Virus record (IMG/VR): IMGVR_UViG_3300037991_002562
Location: 32,001 to 96,000 of that record
Origin: a virus
Taxonomy: Duplodnaviria; Caudoviricetes
DNA: 64,000 bases
Reading direction: 5' to 3' (one strand)
Made by a program: the position numbers and the translations under genes. Positions within the stretch are counted from its first letter, which is position 1; every line of letters begins with the position of its first letter. Below the pieces are notes generated by a model. That model made no database searches. It saw only the letters and a list, made by a program, of their open reading frames with translations, and was not told the DNA's origin. Shown piece after piece: positions 1 through 8,993 of the stretch.

Positions 1-509
1 CCGTACATACCCGCGTTAATGCTTGTGCCACTTGAAACACCTGATATATCGACGGGAGTTCCTGCGCTCACACCGTTAACAAATACCTCAAGCGTGTTCG
101 CATCACCATCAACTTCAAGCCTTACAATGTCGTCTACTGCCACGCCAACAGGGTAAGTTGTAAGTATGGATTTACTCCCGTTATTACTAGCAAGTACGCT
201 TATGCTTGTGGCGGACGGAAGACGTATTGAAATCCAGTCCAAGCGTGAATCTGTGCGAACAGCAGGTCCACCATCCCTATTCGTTCCTGCAAACTGGTAC
301 TTCATCCTAACTTCTGAATACATGGACGTTGAGCCAGCATTGTAGCTCATCACCGTGTTGTCAGTGGCATCTATGACAAGTTGCTCACCTGTTATCCTTG
401 CAGCGTTTACATTAGCAGGGAATTGACCATAAACAGTCCATCCAGCAACGTCTTTTAATAACGTGCCATCTGGATATTCTGAAAAGTCTGTTTGAAATAC
501 CGATGCCAT
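1..509 (-). CDS. Partial ORF (runs off the left edge); beta-rich, possibly lectin/ConA-like virion-associated protein
   Basis: Not in the ORF track. Read manually: AGGTGA RBS, ATG at 509, MASVFQTDFSEYPDGTLLKDVAGWTVYG...LEVFVNGVSAG, open to the window edge. The fold is a guess. Confidence 0.6.
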   Translation of the reverse strand, partial: MASVFQTDFSEYPDGTLLKDVAGWTVYGQFPANVNAARITGEQLVIDATDNTVMSYNAGSTSMYSEVRMKYQFAGTNRDGGPAVRTDSRLDWISIRLPSATSISVLASNNGSKSILTTYPVGVAVDDIVRLEVDGDANTLEVFVNGVSAGTPVDISGVSSGTSINAGMY

Positions 510-576
510 TACAAATCACCTATAAAATTAATGACCTTCGTATACGCTATATACTTATTGTTTAAAAATTTTTTCA

Positions 577-1281
577 TTAGTTAACTATTCCTATATATTC
601 CACGCTAGTAAGGCTTCCGGCCCATGGCCCTTTTATTTCAACCTTAAACTGCTGGACTAGCCTATCAAAAGGCAATGTAATGTCGAAGAATATATCCTCG
701 TTTTTTACTAGAGGTATATTAATCATTCTTGTATTTTGTGGTATAGGTAAAAATTCGTCACTGTTTCCTAGTCTGCCAGATATTTTGTAAGTACAATCGT
801 ATTCTGTAGTAACTGCAGGACTTACTTTTATCCTAATAGTAGTAGTTTCTCTTCTATTGTTAATAATAGAGTCTGATACTAGCTTCCAAGTGTCAGGGTG
901 TAATATGCCCATAATATCCTCTAGTTTAACGTTGTAATATGGTGTCGAAGTCGGATTAGCTTCGGATATTAAGTCCTCTTTTAAAGCTGAAGTAGCAATT
1001 CCTGCTTCTATTAACAAGTCTAGATAAAATATATTCATAAGCCCCTTGCTCTGTGATAGTATAAAATTAAACTCACCTAAGCTAAATATTGTTCGCATAG
1101 TGGCTATACATAGCGGGTTATCGGAGTTTAGAAATATACTATATAAATTATGTTTTACCAAGTACATAGTAATTACTTCAGAAGACAGTAACTTTCCCTG
1201 AACCTCTTCATGATTCTTTACCTGTTCTAATATTTCTTCATCAGTACCGCTGTACTGGTTTACTACGGTCAGTAGGTTCAT
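577..1281 (-). CDS. Hypothetical protein (234 aa)
   Basis: ORF with AGGAGA RBS and its own upstream promoter; no recognised motif. Confidence 0.7.
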   Translation of the reverse strand: MNLLTVVNQYSGTDEEILEQVKNHEEVQGKLLSSEVITMYLVKHNLYSIFLNSDNPLCIATMRTIFSLGEFNFILSQSKGLMNIFYLDLLIEAGIATSALKEDLISEANPTSTPYYNVKLEDIMGILHPDTWKLVSDSIINNRRETTTIRIKVSPAVTTEYDCTYKISGRLGNSDEFLPIPQNTRMINIPLVKNEDIFFDITLPFDRLVQQFKVEIKGPWAGSLTSVEYIGIVN

Positions 1282-1303
1282 ATGTCTCTCCTAAATAAAA
1301 ATA

Positions 1304-1331
1304 ATTATACACGCCTAAAAATAAATTGCAA
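1304..1331 (-). promoter_or_regulatory. sigma70-type promoter TTGCAA-N16-TATAAT
   Basis: Hexamers read on the minus strand upstream of ORF 577-1281. Confidence 0.65.
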
Positions 1332-1353
1332 GAGATTATTTTTTACACATAAC

Positions 1354-1379
1354 AAAAAACCCGCACTAAGGCGGGTTTT
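1354..1379 (-). terminator. Intrinsic terminator after thyA
   Basis: AAACCCGC/GCGGGTTT stem with a T-run on the minus strand. Confidence 0.8.
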
Positions 1380-1380
1380 A

Positions 1381-1704
1381 TTATACTGCCATTCTGGCTT
1401 CTATTTTGCCATGGCTTTTATAGTTTTCTAATTGTATGTCTTTGGGGTCTACACAATGGCAATAATTTAAGAACTTTTGCCACGGCGTACTCCCTACTGC
1501 TTTTGGTAGTTTTAATGTAGGTAATGGGTATGACTCATTTTGCAACACTTGACCGCACTGGTCTAGGTGGTTGTTGTATATATGAGTATCTCCACCAGTA
1601 AAAATAAGCTTACCAGGCTTAAGTCCTATACACTCAGCTATAATGTGTGTCAATAGAGCGTAAGACGCTATGTTGAACGGCAAGCCCAAGAAAACGTCGA
1701 TTGA
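1381..1704 (-). CDS. thyA: Thymidylate synthase, exon 2
   Basis: SIDVFLGLPFNIASY, GDTHIY, C-terminal MAV. The ATG at 1705-1707 in the ORF track is really the intron 3' end. Confidence 0.95.
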   Translation of the reverse strand, partial: SIDVFLGLPFNIASYALLTHIIAECIGLKPGKLIFTGGDTHIYNNHLDQCGQVLQNESYPLPTLKLPKAVGSTPWQKFLNYCHCVDPKDIQLENYKSHGKIEARMAV

Positions 1705-1847
1705 CATTATGTTCGCAAGAGGTCGTTAATCTCTTGCCGGTACTAAACCAGCTGCAAGTTACCTTGCAGATCAGACTATATCACAACCCCAAAGGGGCTC
1801 TATCCGTTTCGGTCTTACTTAAGACCTACTCTCTTTCGAGATAGTCG

Positions 1848-2591
1848 TTAGGCATTTATGTAGAAAAAATCTTCCCATTTTTTAGCGGCACTATTTACTC
1901 TGTAATGAGCAGCTCCTGAAGTTATACCGTACTCTCTAGCCATAGCAGCTAGAGAAGGGAACTCTCTGCCTTCAGCGGAGATCTTCCTAGCATTGCTAGG
2001 GATACGTCCCTTGGCTTTATCTGAGAGCTTTTTTCTTGTTTCTTCGGAGTGTTTTTTGCCGTAAAATGGGTTGCTCTCCCCTCTCCTCTCTCTGCAAGAT
2101 AAGCAGGTTTTATTTATGGGCGCTATTTCTTTTTGTTTACAAACAGGACATAACTTCCTACTAATACCACCTTTCCAGTTATGGTTCTTGGCTCCAGGCA
2201 TCCCCCACTTTTCTTTTCTTTCCTCAGCTGTCATATTTTCTATATTGTTGAGTACAGTGGATCGTATTTTCTGTATTATTTGCTCTCTGTTGGGGTGCTT
2301 GGTAAGATTATCACCACCCCCAACAGACCCTATGTTGTACTGCGGAGATAGAGAGTCTATCCAATACTTCTCTTTTTCAAATAGGTTACAACTTTCGGAT
2401 AGCTCTTCTAAAATTTCAAAATGAAAAGATGACTCCCCGTATTTGTTGTAAGCGCGTTGCAAATATACATTACAGTGTTTGTTGTTTCGTAAGTCCGATA
2501 AGTGTCTTAACATTCTAGCCCTAAAGCTAGAAGCGGATCCTACGTAAAATTTTTCTGTCTGTTCGTTTATTATAGCGTAAATTACTTTCAT
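1848..2591 (-). CDS. Intron-encoded GIY-YIG homing endonuclease (I-TevI-like)
   Basis: VIY...FYVGS, R..H, FEILEE; CPVC...CLSC zinc finger; NUMOD3-like NPFYGKKHSEETRKK; C-terminal HTH. ATG at 2591 follows an AGAGGT RBS. Confidence 0.93.
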   Translation of the reverse strand: MKVIYAIINEQTEKFYVGSASSFRARMLRHLSDLRNNKHCNVYLQRAYNKYGESSFHFEILEELSESCNLFEKEKYWIDSLSPQYNIGSVGGGDNLTKHPNREQIIQKIRSTVLNNIENMTAEERKEKWGMPGAKNHNWKGGISRKLCPVCKQKEIAPINKTCLSCRERRGESNPFYGKKHSEETRKKLSDKAKGRIPSNARKISAEGREFPSLAAMAREYGITSGAAHYRVNSAAKKWEDFFYINA

Positions 2592-2614
2592 CAAATTCTG
2601 TACCTCTATTAAAT

Positions 2615-2643
2615 AGTATACCTAGAATTTGAATGGAAGTCCA
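2615..2643 (-). promoter_or_regulatory. Intron-internal promoter for the endonuclease, TGGACT-N17-TATACT
   Basis: Near-consensus hexamers about 25 nt upstream of the endonuclease start. Confidence 0.6.
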
Positions 2644-2754
2644 TAAAATATTTTATTTCTACAACTTAGCACGGGATTGTCCTAACTTATTAGGAGTTTC
2701 CCCGTTTAGGATAGTTTTTCGGGTACAATTACTTGTACAAGGCGCTCAAAGTTA

Positions 2755-3285
2755 ACGCTGATGCCACATTAATGATAGTCTTCCGTCCTTGGATACAAAA
2801 CACTGGAATGTGTGGTGGCAAGGTGGCAGAGCCATTTTATCTAGGTCGGATGGATTCCAAGCTGTGACTATATGTCGTCTATCGTAAGGGTCTTTTACTA
2901 ACCCTTCTATAAGCTTCTCCATCTGGTCTACACCATTAAAAGAACGCCACTGCTTACCGTATATAGGGCCTAAGTTACCGTTAGAGTATCCTAGTGCTTT
3001 TGCTTGCTTGTTGTAATTATCATCCCAGATAGTTTTCTTTATAGAAGTAGTAGAGCCGTGAGTTAGATATCTCAACTCGTTCACGTTAGTAGAGCCCCTC
3101 ATAAACCATATCAGTTCTGAACGTACTGCATTCCAAGCCAGGGCTTTCTCTGTTACAGCAGGAAAGCCTTCAGATAGGTCAAACTCCATTCGAGTACCGA
3201 ATACTCGTCTAGTGCCTACACCAGTTCGGTCTTCTACTCTATCACCTGTTAAAACTTGAGTAATTAAATCTTTATACTGTTTCAT
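2755..3285 (-). CDS. thyA: Thymidylate synthase, exon 1 (spliced product about 284 aa)
   Basis: DRTGVGT, LGPIYGKQWR, catalytic ALPPCH; ends WHQR at the splice site. Confidence 0.95.
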
Positions 3286-3769
3286 TTGTTACCTTATATA
3301 GCGTGAAGTCTTCACAGTCATCTAAAACTTCTTTTTCTTGTTCGGCTATCCAACTTAAAACTGATTTGTCTAAATACACATCAGCATCTGGGAACTCCCC
3401 CTTAAACTCTGTGTAATATATTTCATCACAGCGTTTTAAGTTTTCTACTGTTAATAAGCTAGTACCGCCTATAATACTATATGTTGCATCTATGCCTTGT
3501 TCTATAGATAGTCTTAAATATTCTAGTACATCGTGCTTAGTATAGTCTATAGTTATCCACTCATCGCTATGAGTACTGGACACTATGATAGGCACTCTAT
3601 AGGGTAGTGGTAGGGGTATCGAGTTGGCTGTGTCTTTACCCATTACCGTAAATGTGTTGTGTGTTAACTTCTTAAAGTTAGCCATATCTCTGGAGTTTCT
3701 AGGCCACGGCATTGTACATCCCTTACCGAATTCGCCTTTCTTACCGCTTGCAAATACTGCTTTAATCAT
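3272..3769 (-). CDS. folA: Dihydrofolate reductase
   Basis: MPW..D...FK..T, VMGKDT..S, IIGG, D.Y motifs; adjacent to thyA. Confidence 0.9.
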   Translation of the reverse strand: MIKAVFASGKKGEFGKGCTMPWPRNSRDMANFKKLTHNTFTVMGKDTANSIPLPLPYRVPIIVSSTHSDEWITIDYTKHDVLEYLRLSIEQGIDATYSIIGGTSLLTVENLKRCDEIYYTEFKGEFPDADVYLDKSVLSWIAEQEKEVLDDCEDFTLYKVTNETV

Positions 3770-4114
3770 TGTATTCCTCTACGTGTAATAGTTTGTTCTG
3801 TCTTCTGGCAATGTCTATCATGTGTGCAGTGCCTGGGCTGAATAAGTTCCAAAAGGCTACTACTTTATCACACTCTTCTAACATTTCACAGTTTCGTATT
3901 AGTCCTGCCCTTCTCCAAACTTATCCCAGTTTGGTCTAATTGATAGTACATCTATATCTCGATAGATAGCCCACTTTTTACCTAACTTATCAGCACCTAT
4001 AGCTTCACCACAGATTACCTTAGTTACGGGAGTTTGTTTGTGTATACTATCCATCACGTCTTGCATGAGGAAGTAAGAGCGAAAGCTCCTACCTCCAACA
4101 ATTGCTACTTTCAA
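3762..4114 (-). pseudogene. SLOG/YspA-like (DUF2493-type) gene with a frameshift near 3914-3916
   Basis: N-half KVAIVGGR...G.A.GAD...NWDKFG. The C-half RRAGLIRNCEML..CD.VVAFW...SPGTAHMID continues in the -1 frame to TAA at 3762-3764. Confidence 0.8.
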
Positions 4115-4123
4115 AGTCTCTCC

Positions 4124-5452
4124 TTAATATTGTGAGAATTGTTCTTTAAGTAGTGCTGAAATTTCGTCGTAATTTGAATTAGCCATATCTATAGAGTTAA
4201 GTAGGTAAGAAGAAAGTTGCATTTCTTGAGCCGCTACTTGTACTTTAGAAGAGTCTAAATATCTGCTCATATAAGGCAGTGGGTCTTCCTTAGGCGCTTC
4301 AAATTCAATATCTAGAGTATTAGCTACTTTAGCTGCGCGGAACTTAACGTAGTCAAATACTAAATTAGCATTAAGTCGTAGGATTTCTCTACCCTCAGAA
4401 AATAGATAGTTAGTCCATTGACGTTCTTGCTCTAGTATTTCGTTGAACACTTCTTCGATTTTAGGCTTAACTCGTTTATATGCTTCTGGGTTATTCTTGA
4501 ACTCAATACTAAGAATATGCATACCACCTTTAGCGTGTAGCATTTCGTCTCTAGCAATAAGAACTACTAACTGCGCAATACCTTGGAAGAATCCAAGTTC
4601 TGCAATGCCGAATGTGATAGCGAAGCTTGACATGAAGTTTACAGCTTCTAGCATGTATAATGCTGCCAGTGCTACATATAGCTTTTCGCGTCTTTCCTCC
4701 CTAGGAGCGTCGTGCGGTAAGTTACCTAAATCATCAAATACGTTACGTAGTACGTTTGAACGCTGAATAACTTCAAAGTTTTTATAACCTTCTCGTAGTG
4801 CGTCGTTAGGGTCTACGAACGTTTGCTTGATAATGTGTGAATATGTTCTAGCATGGATAGACTCGAACAATGCCACAGCATTGTACCAGTTCTCTAAGTC
4901 AGAGTTGGAAACGTTTTCTAGTAAAATACCTGTTATAGACCTAGAGGCTATAGAGTCAGCTAAGTGCTGCCACAGTATTGTTTTAACCATAGAGTCCACT
5001 ATAGGTTTAGGGGCGTTAAGCATGTCCTGTCTATCTTGTGTAATATCTACTTCAAACTCGTTCCATACCTGTGCCATTTGCTCTTGGAATAGCTTATCTA
5101 GGATAGGGTATGGTCGGTTAATAGTGTCAGCGAAACCTAGGTCGTCCCCAAGGAATAATGGGTATTCTGAGGTTTCGTGTCCTGTATTGTTTAAGTTAAA
5201 AACAGTCTTACGTTTAGGTGCTATGCCTAGATAGTTCTCTAGTTCTTGGTATCCACCTACGTGTACCTGCTGCTCTCTTTGGTCAACTATCTGAGGCACA
5301 GTATATGCCTCAGGGAAATAAGACCATAGCTCGTGTTTGTTGTTTACCACTACTGCAGTATACGTAAGTCCATGTCGATTTAGCAGTTCCTTGGCTTTAT
5401 CGCACCAAGGACAGTCTAATTTTGTTACAATAAAAAAGTCATTAGAATCCAT
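4124..5452 (-). CDS. nrdB: Class Ia ribonucleotide reductase beta subunit with N-terminal glutaredoxin domain
   Basis: CPWC...TVPQI...VGGY..L Grx domain; LADS, ESIHARTY, EAVNF, DEMLH di-metal ligands. Confidence 0.92.
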   Translation of the reverse strand: MDSNDFFIVTKLDCPWCDKAKELLNRHGLTYTAVVVNNKHELWSYFPEAYTVPQIVDQREQQVHVGGYQELENYLGIAPKRKTVFNLNNTGHETSEYPLFLGDDLGFADTINRPYPILDKLFQEQMAQVWNEFEVDITQDRQDMLNAPKPIVDSMVKTILWQHLADSIASRSITGILLENVSNSDLENWYNAVALFESIHARTYSHIIKQTFVDPNDALREGYKNFEVIQRSNVLRNVFDDLGNLPHDAPREERREKLYVALAALYMLEAVNFMSSFAITFGIAELGFFQGIAQLVVLIARDEMLHAKGGMHILSIEFKNNPEAYKRVKPKIEEVFNEILEQERQWTNYLFSEGREILRLNANLVFDYVKFRAAKVANTLDIEFEAPKEDPLPYMSRYLDSSKVQVAAQEMQLSSYLLNSIDMANSNYDEISALLKEQFSQY

Positions 5453-5461
5453 TAGTGCTCC

Positions 5462-7651
5462 TTATAATTTACACGCGCCACTATCGCACGTCTCTTCTTG
5501 TTCAATTACTTCCTCACTTTCTGTATCAATGAAGTTTTGGTAATATGCTGTTTTAATACCAGCTAATGCTTGTCTGACAAACCAATTAATAGTCTCTATT
5601 AAAGGTATTTTCTTGTTGTCATACTTAGTAAAGTCTGTGTAATAGTCACAAGAAATAGCTTGGTCTGTGTAGTTCTGGAAAGCTTGGTAGTATGGAATCA
5701 TGTCCACGTCCCATGCTTTTAAGTGTGTGCCTTCAACGAAATGTTTGGAGATAAACTGTACTTTTCCACGTCTAGCGCTCTTATAGATTACTCGCTGTCT
5801 GCTAGGGTAAATACCGTTTGTAGCATTACTAAATACAGAGCTTGATTCTGTAGGCATAAGCGCTACTAGAACTGAATGACCTCTAGGCTTACCGCGTCTA
5901 AGTTCCCAATCCATAGTAGGGAATCTATAACCGTGCATAGTATCGATAGGTAGCCAATTTAAGTCTACGCCTTCTACAGGAGGACAAGTACCGTCTTCAA
6001 CCATATCCTGACTAGCTTTAAGTAGGGAGTAGTAGTGAAGTTCCGCTAGGCTCTCAACAAAATCTAAAGATTCTTTAGATCCGTCGTAGTCTAAACCTTC
6101 TTGGTATAGTCTAGAAGCTAATCCTGTAACTCCAATACCTACAGAACGTCTACGTAATAGATTATGCTTAACGGAGTCTGTAAGTGCACACTCAGAAGCT
6201 TTAACCATCATTGCCTCTACTGTACGTAGTGCAATGTCAGCCATTTCAAAATACTCTTCATTAGAGATTTTTGCTACGTTTAGAGCTGCTAGTGAGCAAT
6301 ATGCAATTTCACCTTCAGATACGTAATTTCTGTAGATGTCGTGCATGTCCACAAAGCCTTTAGTAGGAAGCGCGATTTCAAGGCATAAATTGGATTGGGT
6401 AATCGTATCCATAAAAGGTGTATGTTCATTAGCACGGCTCAGGTTTATGCAGTATACTCTACCAGTCTCCCAACGTGCCTGTATAAAAGCAATAAGAACT
6501 TTTAAAGCTTTTACTTTAATATGCTTCTTACCGTCTAGTAATGCGTCTTGTACAAAGTCCATGTAATCTTCCCTATGGAAGGCTTCATGTACCTCAGGGG
6601 CTTCCTCTATCGAGAATAAATACCAGTCGTCGTTGTTTATAACTGCTCTAACAAAATCGTCGTTGTAAGCAAAGCTATAATCTATTTTATCAATACGTTG
6701 TGATAAGTCTATACGCTGGGTTTTCCAAAGTAGCATTGACTCAATATCTGGGTCAATACACTTCAAAGTCATTGTAGCTGAACCACCACGAGCTAGCTGA
6801 GTGAACTTTTTAACAGAAGCTTCAATTGATTTGTAAAGAGGTGCTTTACCTAAATGAGCTATGCGGCCTTCTTTAACGGGGTCTCCCTTGGAGCGAGTAT
6901 TAAGTGTAATACCAATTCCAGCTTTCTTAGAAGTCATTTTAGAAGCTAAGTGTTCTGCTACTTCTAATGAGTCTACAGTATCATTTGCTTCAATTACTGA
7001 GCATGAAATAGTATCAAAGTTACCATCCCTACATCCGGTGTTAACTGGCGTCGGAAGATTTAGCTTAGATAACATTACAGCCTTGGCGGTTCTATAAGCT
7101 AAGTCAGTTACTCCGTGCAAGGATATTGCAATACCTAATACTGCTTGAGCAGGAGTCTCTATAGCTTCTTCGTTTTCTTTGATAGCGTATTTATCAATGA
7201 ACTGTTTTACAGTTGGGAACTCTAAGTCTAGAGCTTCAAGCTCCGTGTACCATTCATTTATAAGTTCTCTTTTCTCGAAAAGAGCTACGTCGTCTACCCA
7301 ATGTTTCCAATAGCCTAAGTCCGACATTATTTCCATAAAATCATAGAAATCTATAGCTTCTGGATGCATAATGCCTAGAGTATTAGACTGTGTTTTATAG
7401 ATATTAGCTCTTTCCACCTCAGCCGCTATTCTACTCCACTCTACTTGCTCTTTGTCTAGACATACTTGAATTATTGTATCGTTTATGTCTGTGGTAGATA
7501 CTCCATCTATTAGACGAGGTATTACTTTACTAAGTAACTCGTACTCTTTTTCTACTTGGTCTTCAGAGTTACGAATAACATAAGTAACCCATTTTCTTAA
7601 TTTAGCGTGATTAAAAGGCTCTTTAGAACCGTTTCGTTTTGTCACTAACAA
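5462..7651 (-). CDS. nrdA: Class Ia ribonucleotide reductase alpha subunit
   Basis: N-terminal ATP-cone-like VTKRNG, PTP, SC, NLCLEI, MPTESSS, C-terminal CDSGACKL. Confidence 0.95.
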   Translation of the reverse strand: MLVTKRNGSKEPFNHAKLRKWVTYVIRNSEDQVEKEYELLSKVIPRLIDGVSTTDINDTIIQVCLDKEQVEWSRIAAEVERANIYKTQSNTLGIMHPEAIDFYDFMEIMSDLGYWKHWVDDVALFEKRELINEWYTELEALDLEFPTVKQFIDKYAIKENEEAIETPAQAVLGIAISLHGVTDLAYRTAKAVMLSKLNLPTPVNTGCRDGNFDTISCSVIEANDTVDSLEVAEHLASKMTSKKAGIGITLNTRSKGDPVKEGRIAHLGKAPLYKSIEASVKKFTQLARGGSATMTLKCIDPDIESMLLWKTQRIDLSQRIDKIDYSFAYNDDFVRAVINNDDWYLFSIEEAPEVHEAFHREDYMDFVQDALLDGKKHIKVKALKVLIAFIQARWETGRVYCINLSRANEHTPFMDTITQSNLCLEIALPTKGFVDMHDIYRNYVSEGEIAYCSLAALNVAKISNEEYFEMADIALRTVEAMMVKASECALTDSVKHNLLRRRSVGIGVTGLASRLYQEGLDYDGSKESLDFVESLAELHYYSLLKASQDMVEDGTCPPVEGVDLNWLPIDTMHGYRFPTMDWELRRGKPRGHSVLVALMPTESSSVFSNATNGIYPSRQRVIYKSARRGKVQFISKHFVEGTHLKAWDVDMIPYYQAFQNYTDQAISCDYYTDFTKYDNKKIPLIETINWFVRQALAGIKTAYYQNFIDTESEEVIEQEETCDSGACKL

Positions 7652-7681
7652 TAGTTTTTTCTCCTCTTATTATTTATGAAA

Positions 7682-7710
7682 ATTCTATACAAAATTATGT
7701 ATTTATGCAA
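7682..7710 (-). promoter_or_regulatory. Promoter TTGCAT-N17-TAGAAT for the nrdA operon
   Basis: Hexamers upstream of the AGGAG RBS of nrdA. Confidence 0.6.
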
Positions 7711-7724
7711 GAGATTTTTAGCCT

Positions 7725-7747
7725 AAAAAACCCTCCGAAGAGGGTTT
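7725..7747 (-). terminator. Intrinsic terminator after phoH
   Basis: CCCUC-UUCG-GAGGG hairpin followed by U6. Confidence 0.85.
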
Positions 7748-7749
7748 GA

Positions 7750-8451
7750 TTATAACTTCTCGTGTTCAAATAACTCTCCTAGAAGAGAGGATTCTTTGCT
7801 TCTCACGCAGTAAGACCAATCAGGGAAGTCAATATGTATAATAGGTAAATTATCGTAACGGCCTATAAAATCTGTAAGTACAGTTAGCCCACTAGTAGCC
7901 CTCATTGACGTCTGTCTAACATCACCATTGATAACAATCTTAGAGTCCCATCCGGTTCTAAGTAGTAGTGTTTTTAACACACTCCATTCGATATCTTCAG
8001 CTTCATCTATTATAACAAAGGCGTTATTGAATGTCAAGCCTTTTATATGCTCTAGAGGTAAAAGTTCTATCCTCTCTTGCTCTAGTAACCTTTCGTATCT
8101 ATGTTTTCCAATGCGTTCTTTAATTGCGTTAGAGACCGGTGCTGCCCACGGCTCCATCTTCTCGTTTTTTGTACCGGGAAGTAATCCAATAGACCTTGTA
8201 CCTTCTATTTGATTCGGGCGCGCAATTATTATTTTTTCGATAGGCGATGAATTATCGTCCAACATATCAATAGCTATCCAAGCTGCTATTGCTGATTTAC
8301 CAGAACCTGCAACACCTGTACCAACTATAATATTAAAATTCCTGATGGAATTAATATATGACTTTTGCTTATCATTCTTTGGTAAAATAGGCTTCCTTTC
8401 GTATACAGGGGAATCTCCGACAAATTTGTTCTTTCTATCTTTTTTAGACAT
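7750..8451 (-). CDS. phoH: PhoH-family ATPase
   Basis: GVAGSGKS Walker A, RP...IGLLPG...EKM.PW, GLTF.NAFVIIDEA, NGDVRQ. Confidence 0.92.
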   Translation of the reverse strand: MSKKDRKNKFVGDSPVYERKPILPKNDKQKSYINSIRNFNIIVGTGVAGSGKSAIAAWIAIDMLDDNSSPIEKIIIARPNQIEGTRSIGLLPGTKNEKMEPWAAPVSNAIKERIGKHRYERLLEQERIELLPLEHIKGLTFNNAFVIIDEAEDIEWSVLKTLLLRTGWDSKIVINGDVRQTSMRATSGLTVLTDFIGRYDNLPIIHIDFPDWSYCVRSKESSLLGELFEHEKL

Positions 8452-8498
8452 AGTGACCTTTACTAAAAATCTCTCCGTAAACCTTATCCATGAATACT

Positions 8499-8526
8499 AT
8501 TATACATACAACTTTCTAAAAATCAA
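8499..8526 (-). promoter_or_regulatory. Promoter TTGATT-N16-TATAAT (phoH)
   Basis: Minus-strand hexamers, divergent from the promoter at 8637. Confidence 0.6.
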
Positions 8527-8636
8527 GGGAAATATTCCAATTCACACCCGTAAATCAGACGGGTGCGCCCACCACCAATGCAAGAATTACCCTGAAAATA
8601 GAGTTACACACGCGTATTTATAATTTTAAAAAGTTG

Positions 8637-8665
8637 TTGACGAATAACCATAATTTTCGTATAAT
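8637..8665 (+). promoter_or_regulatory. Strong T5-type early promoter TTGACG-N17-TATAAT
   Basis: A-rich UP element and downstream ATTGAG, as in T5 early promoters. Confidence 0.85.
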
Positions 8666-8694
8666 ATGTACATTATTTTAATTGAGGAACGATA

Positions 8695-8985
8695 ATGAAA
8701 AAGAATAGTTCATTAGGTTTTGTAAACTTATATCGAGACAGTAACAACAGGTTACGTTTAGGTGCGTACCCTAAGCCTACGTATTTGGCTGCTGTAAACT
8801 CTAGAATAGATAACCCTATATCATTGTATGTAGGCACACACGAAATCTTTACCACCGAATTAGATGCAGAGCCAGACTGCGAGTCTAACTACTGGAGAGG
8901 CATGCGTAAGGGTCAACTTATAGGATTCCTCAAAGGTGTAGTATTTACTATTGCGGTTATTAGTTTATTCTTTGCAAGCTTGTAG
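8695..8985 (+). CDS. Hypothetical protein with C-terminal membrane anchor
   Basis: GAGG RBS; hydrophobic C-terminus. Confidence 0.65.
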   Translation: MKKNSSLGFVNLYRDSNNRLRLGAYPKPTYLAAVNSRIDNPISLYVGTHEIFTTELDAEPDCESNYWRGMRKGQLIGFLKGVVFTIAVISLFFASL

Positions 8986-8993
8986 GTGGCGGT

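Larger units (their letters stand above)
1705..2754 (-). mobile_element. Group I (IA2, T4 td-like) self-splicing intron, 1050 nt, with homing endonuclease
   Basis: Begins UAA after exon ...CAGCGU (P1: GCGU/GCGC). P AAACGGGGAA, Q AAUCCCGUG, R CCUAACGACUA, S GAUAUAGUCUG; ends ACAUAAUG. Removal restores WHQR|SIDVFLG. Confidence 0.95.

Noticed and set aside
1381-1707. Separate 108-aa gene starting at ATG 1707
   Set aside because: The ATG is the last three nucleotides of the intron; the ORF is thyA exon 2
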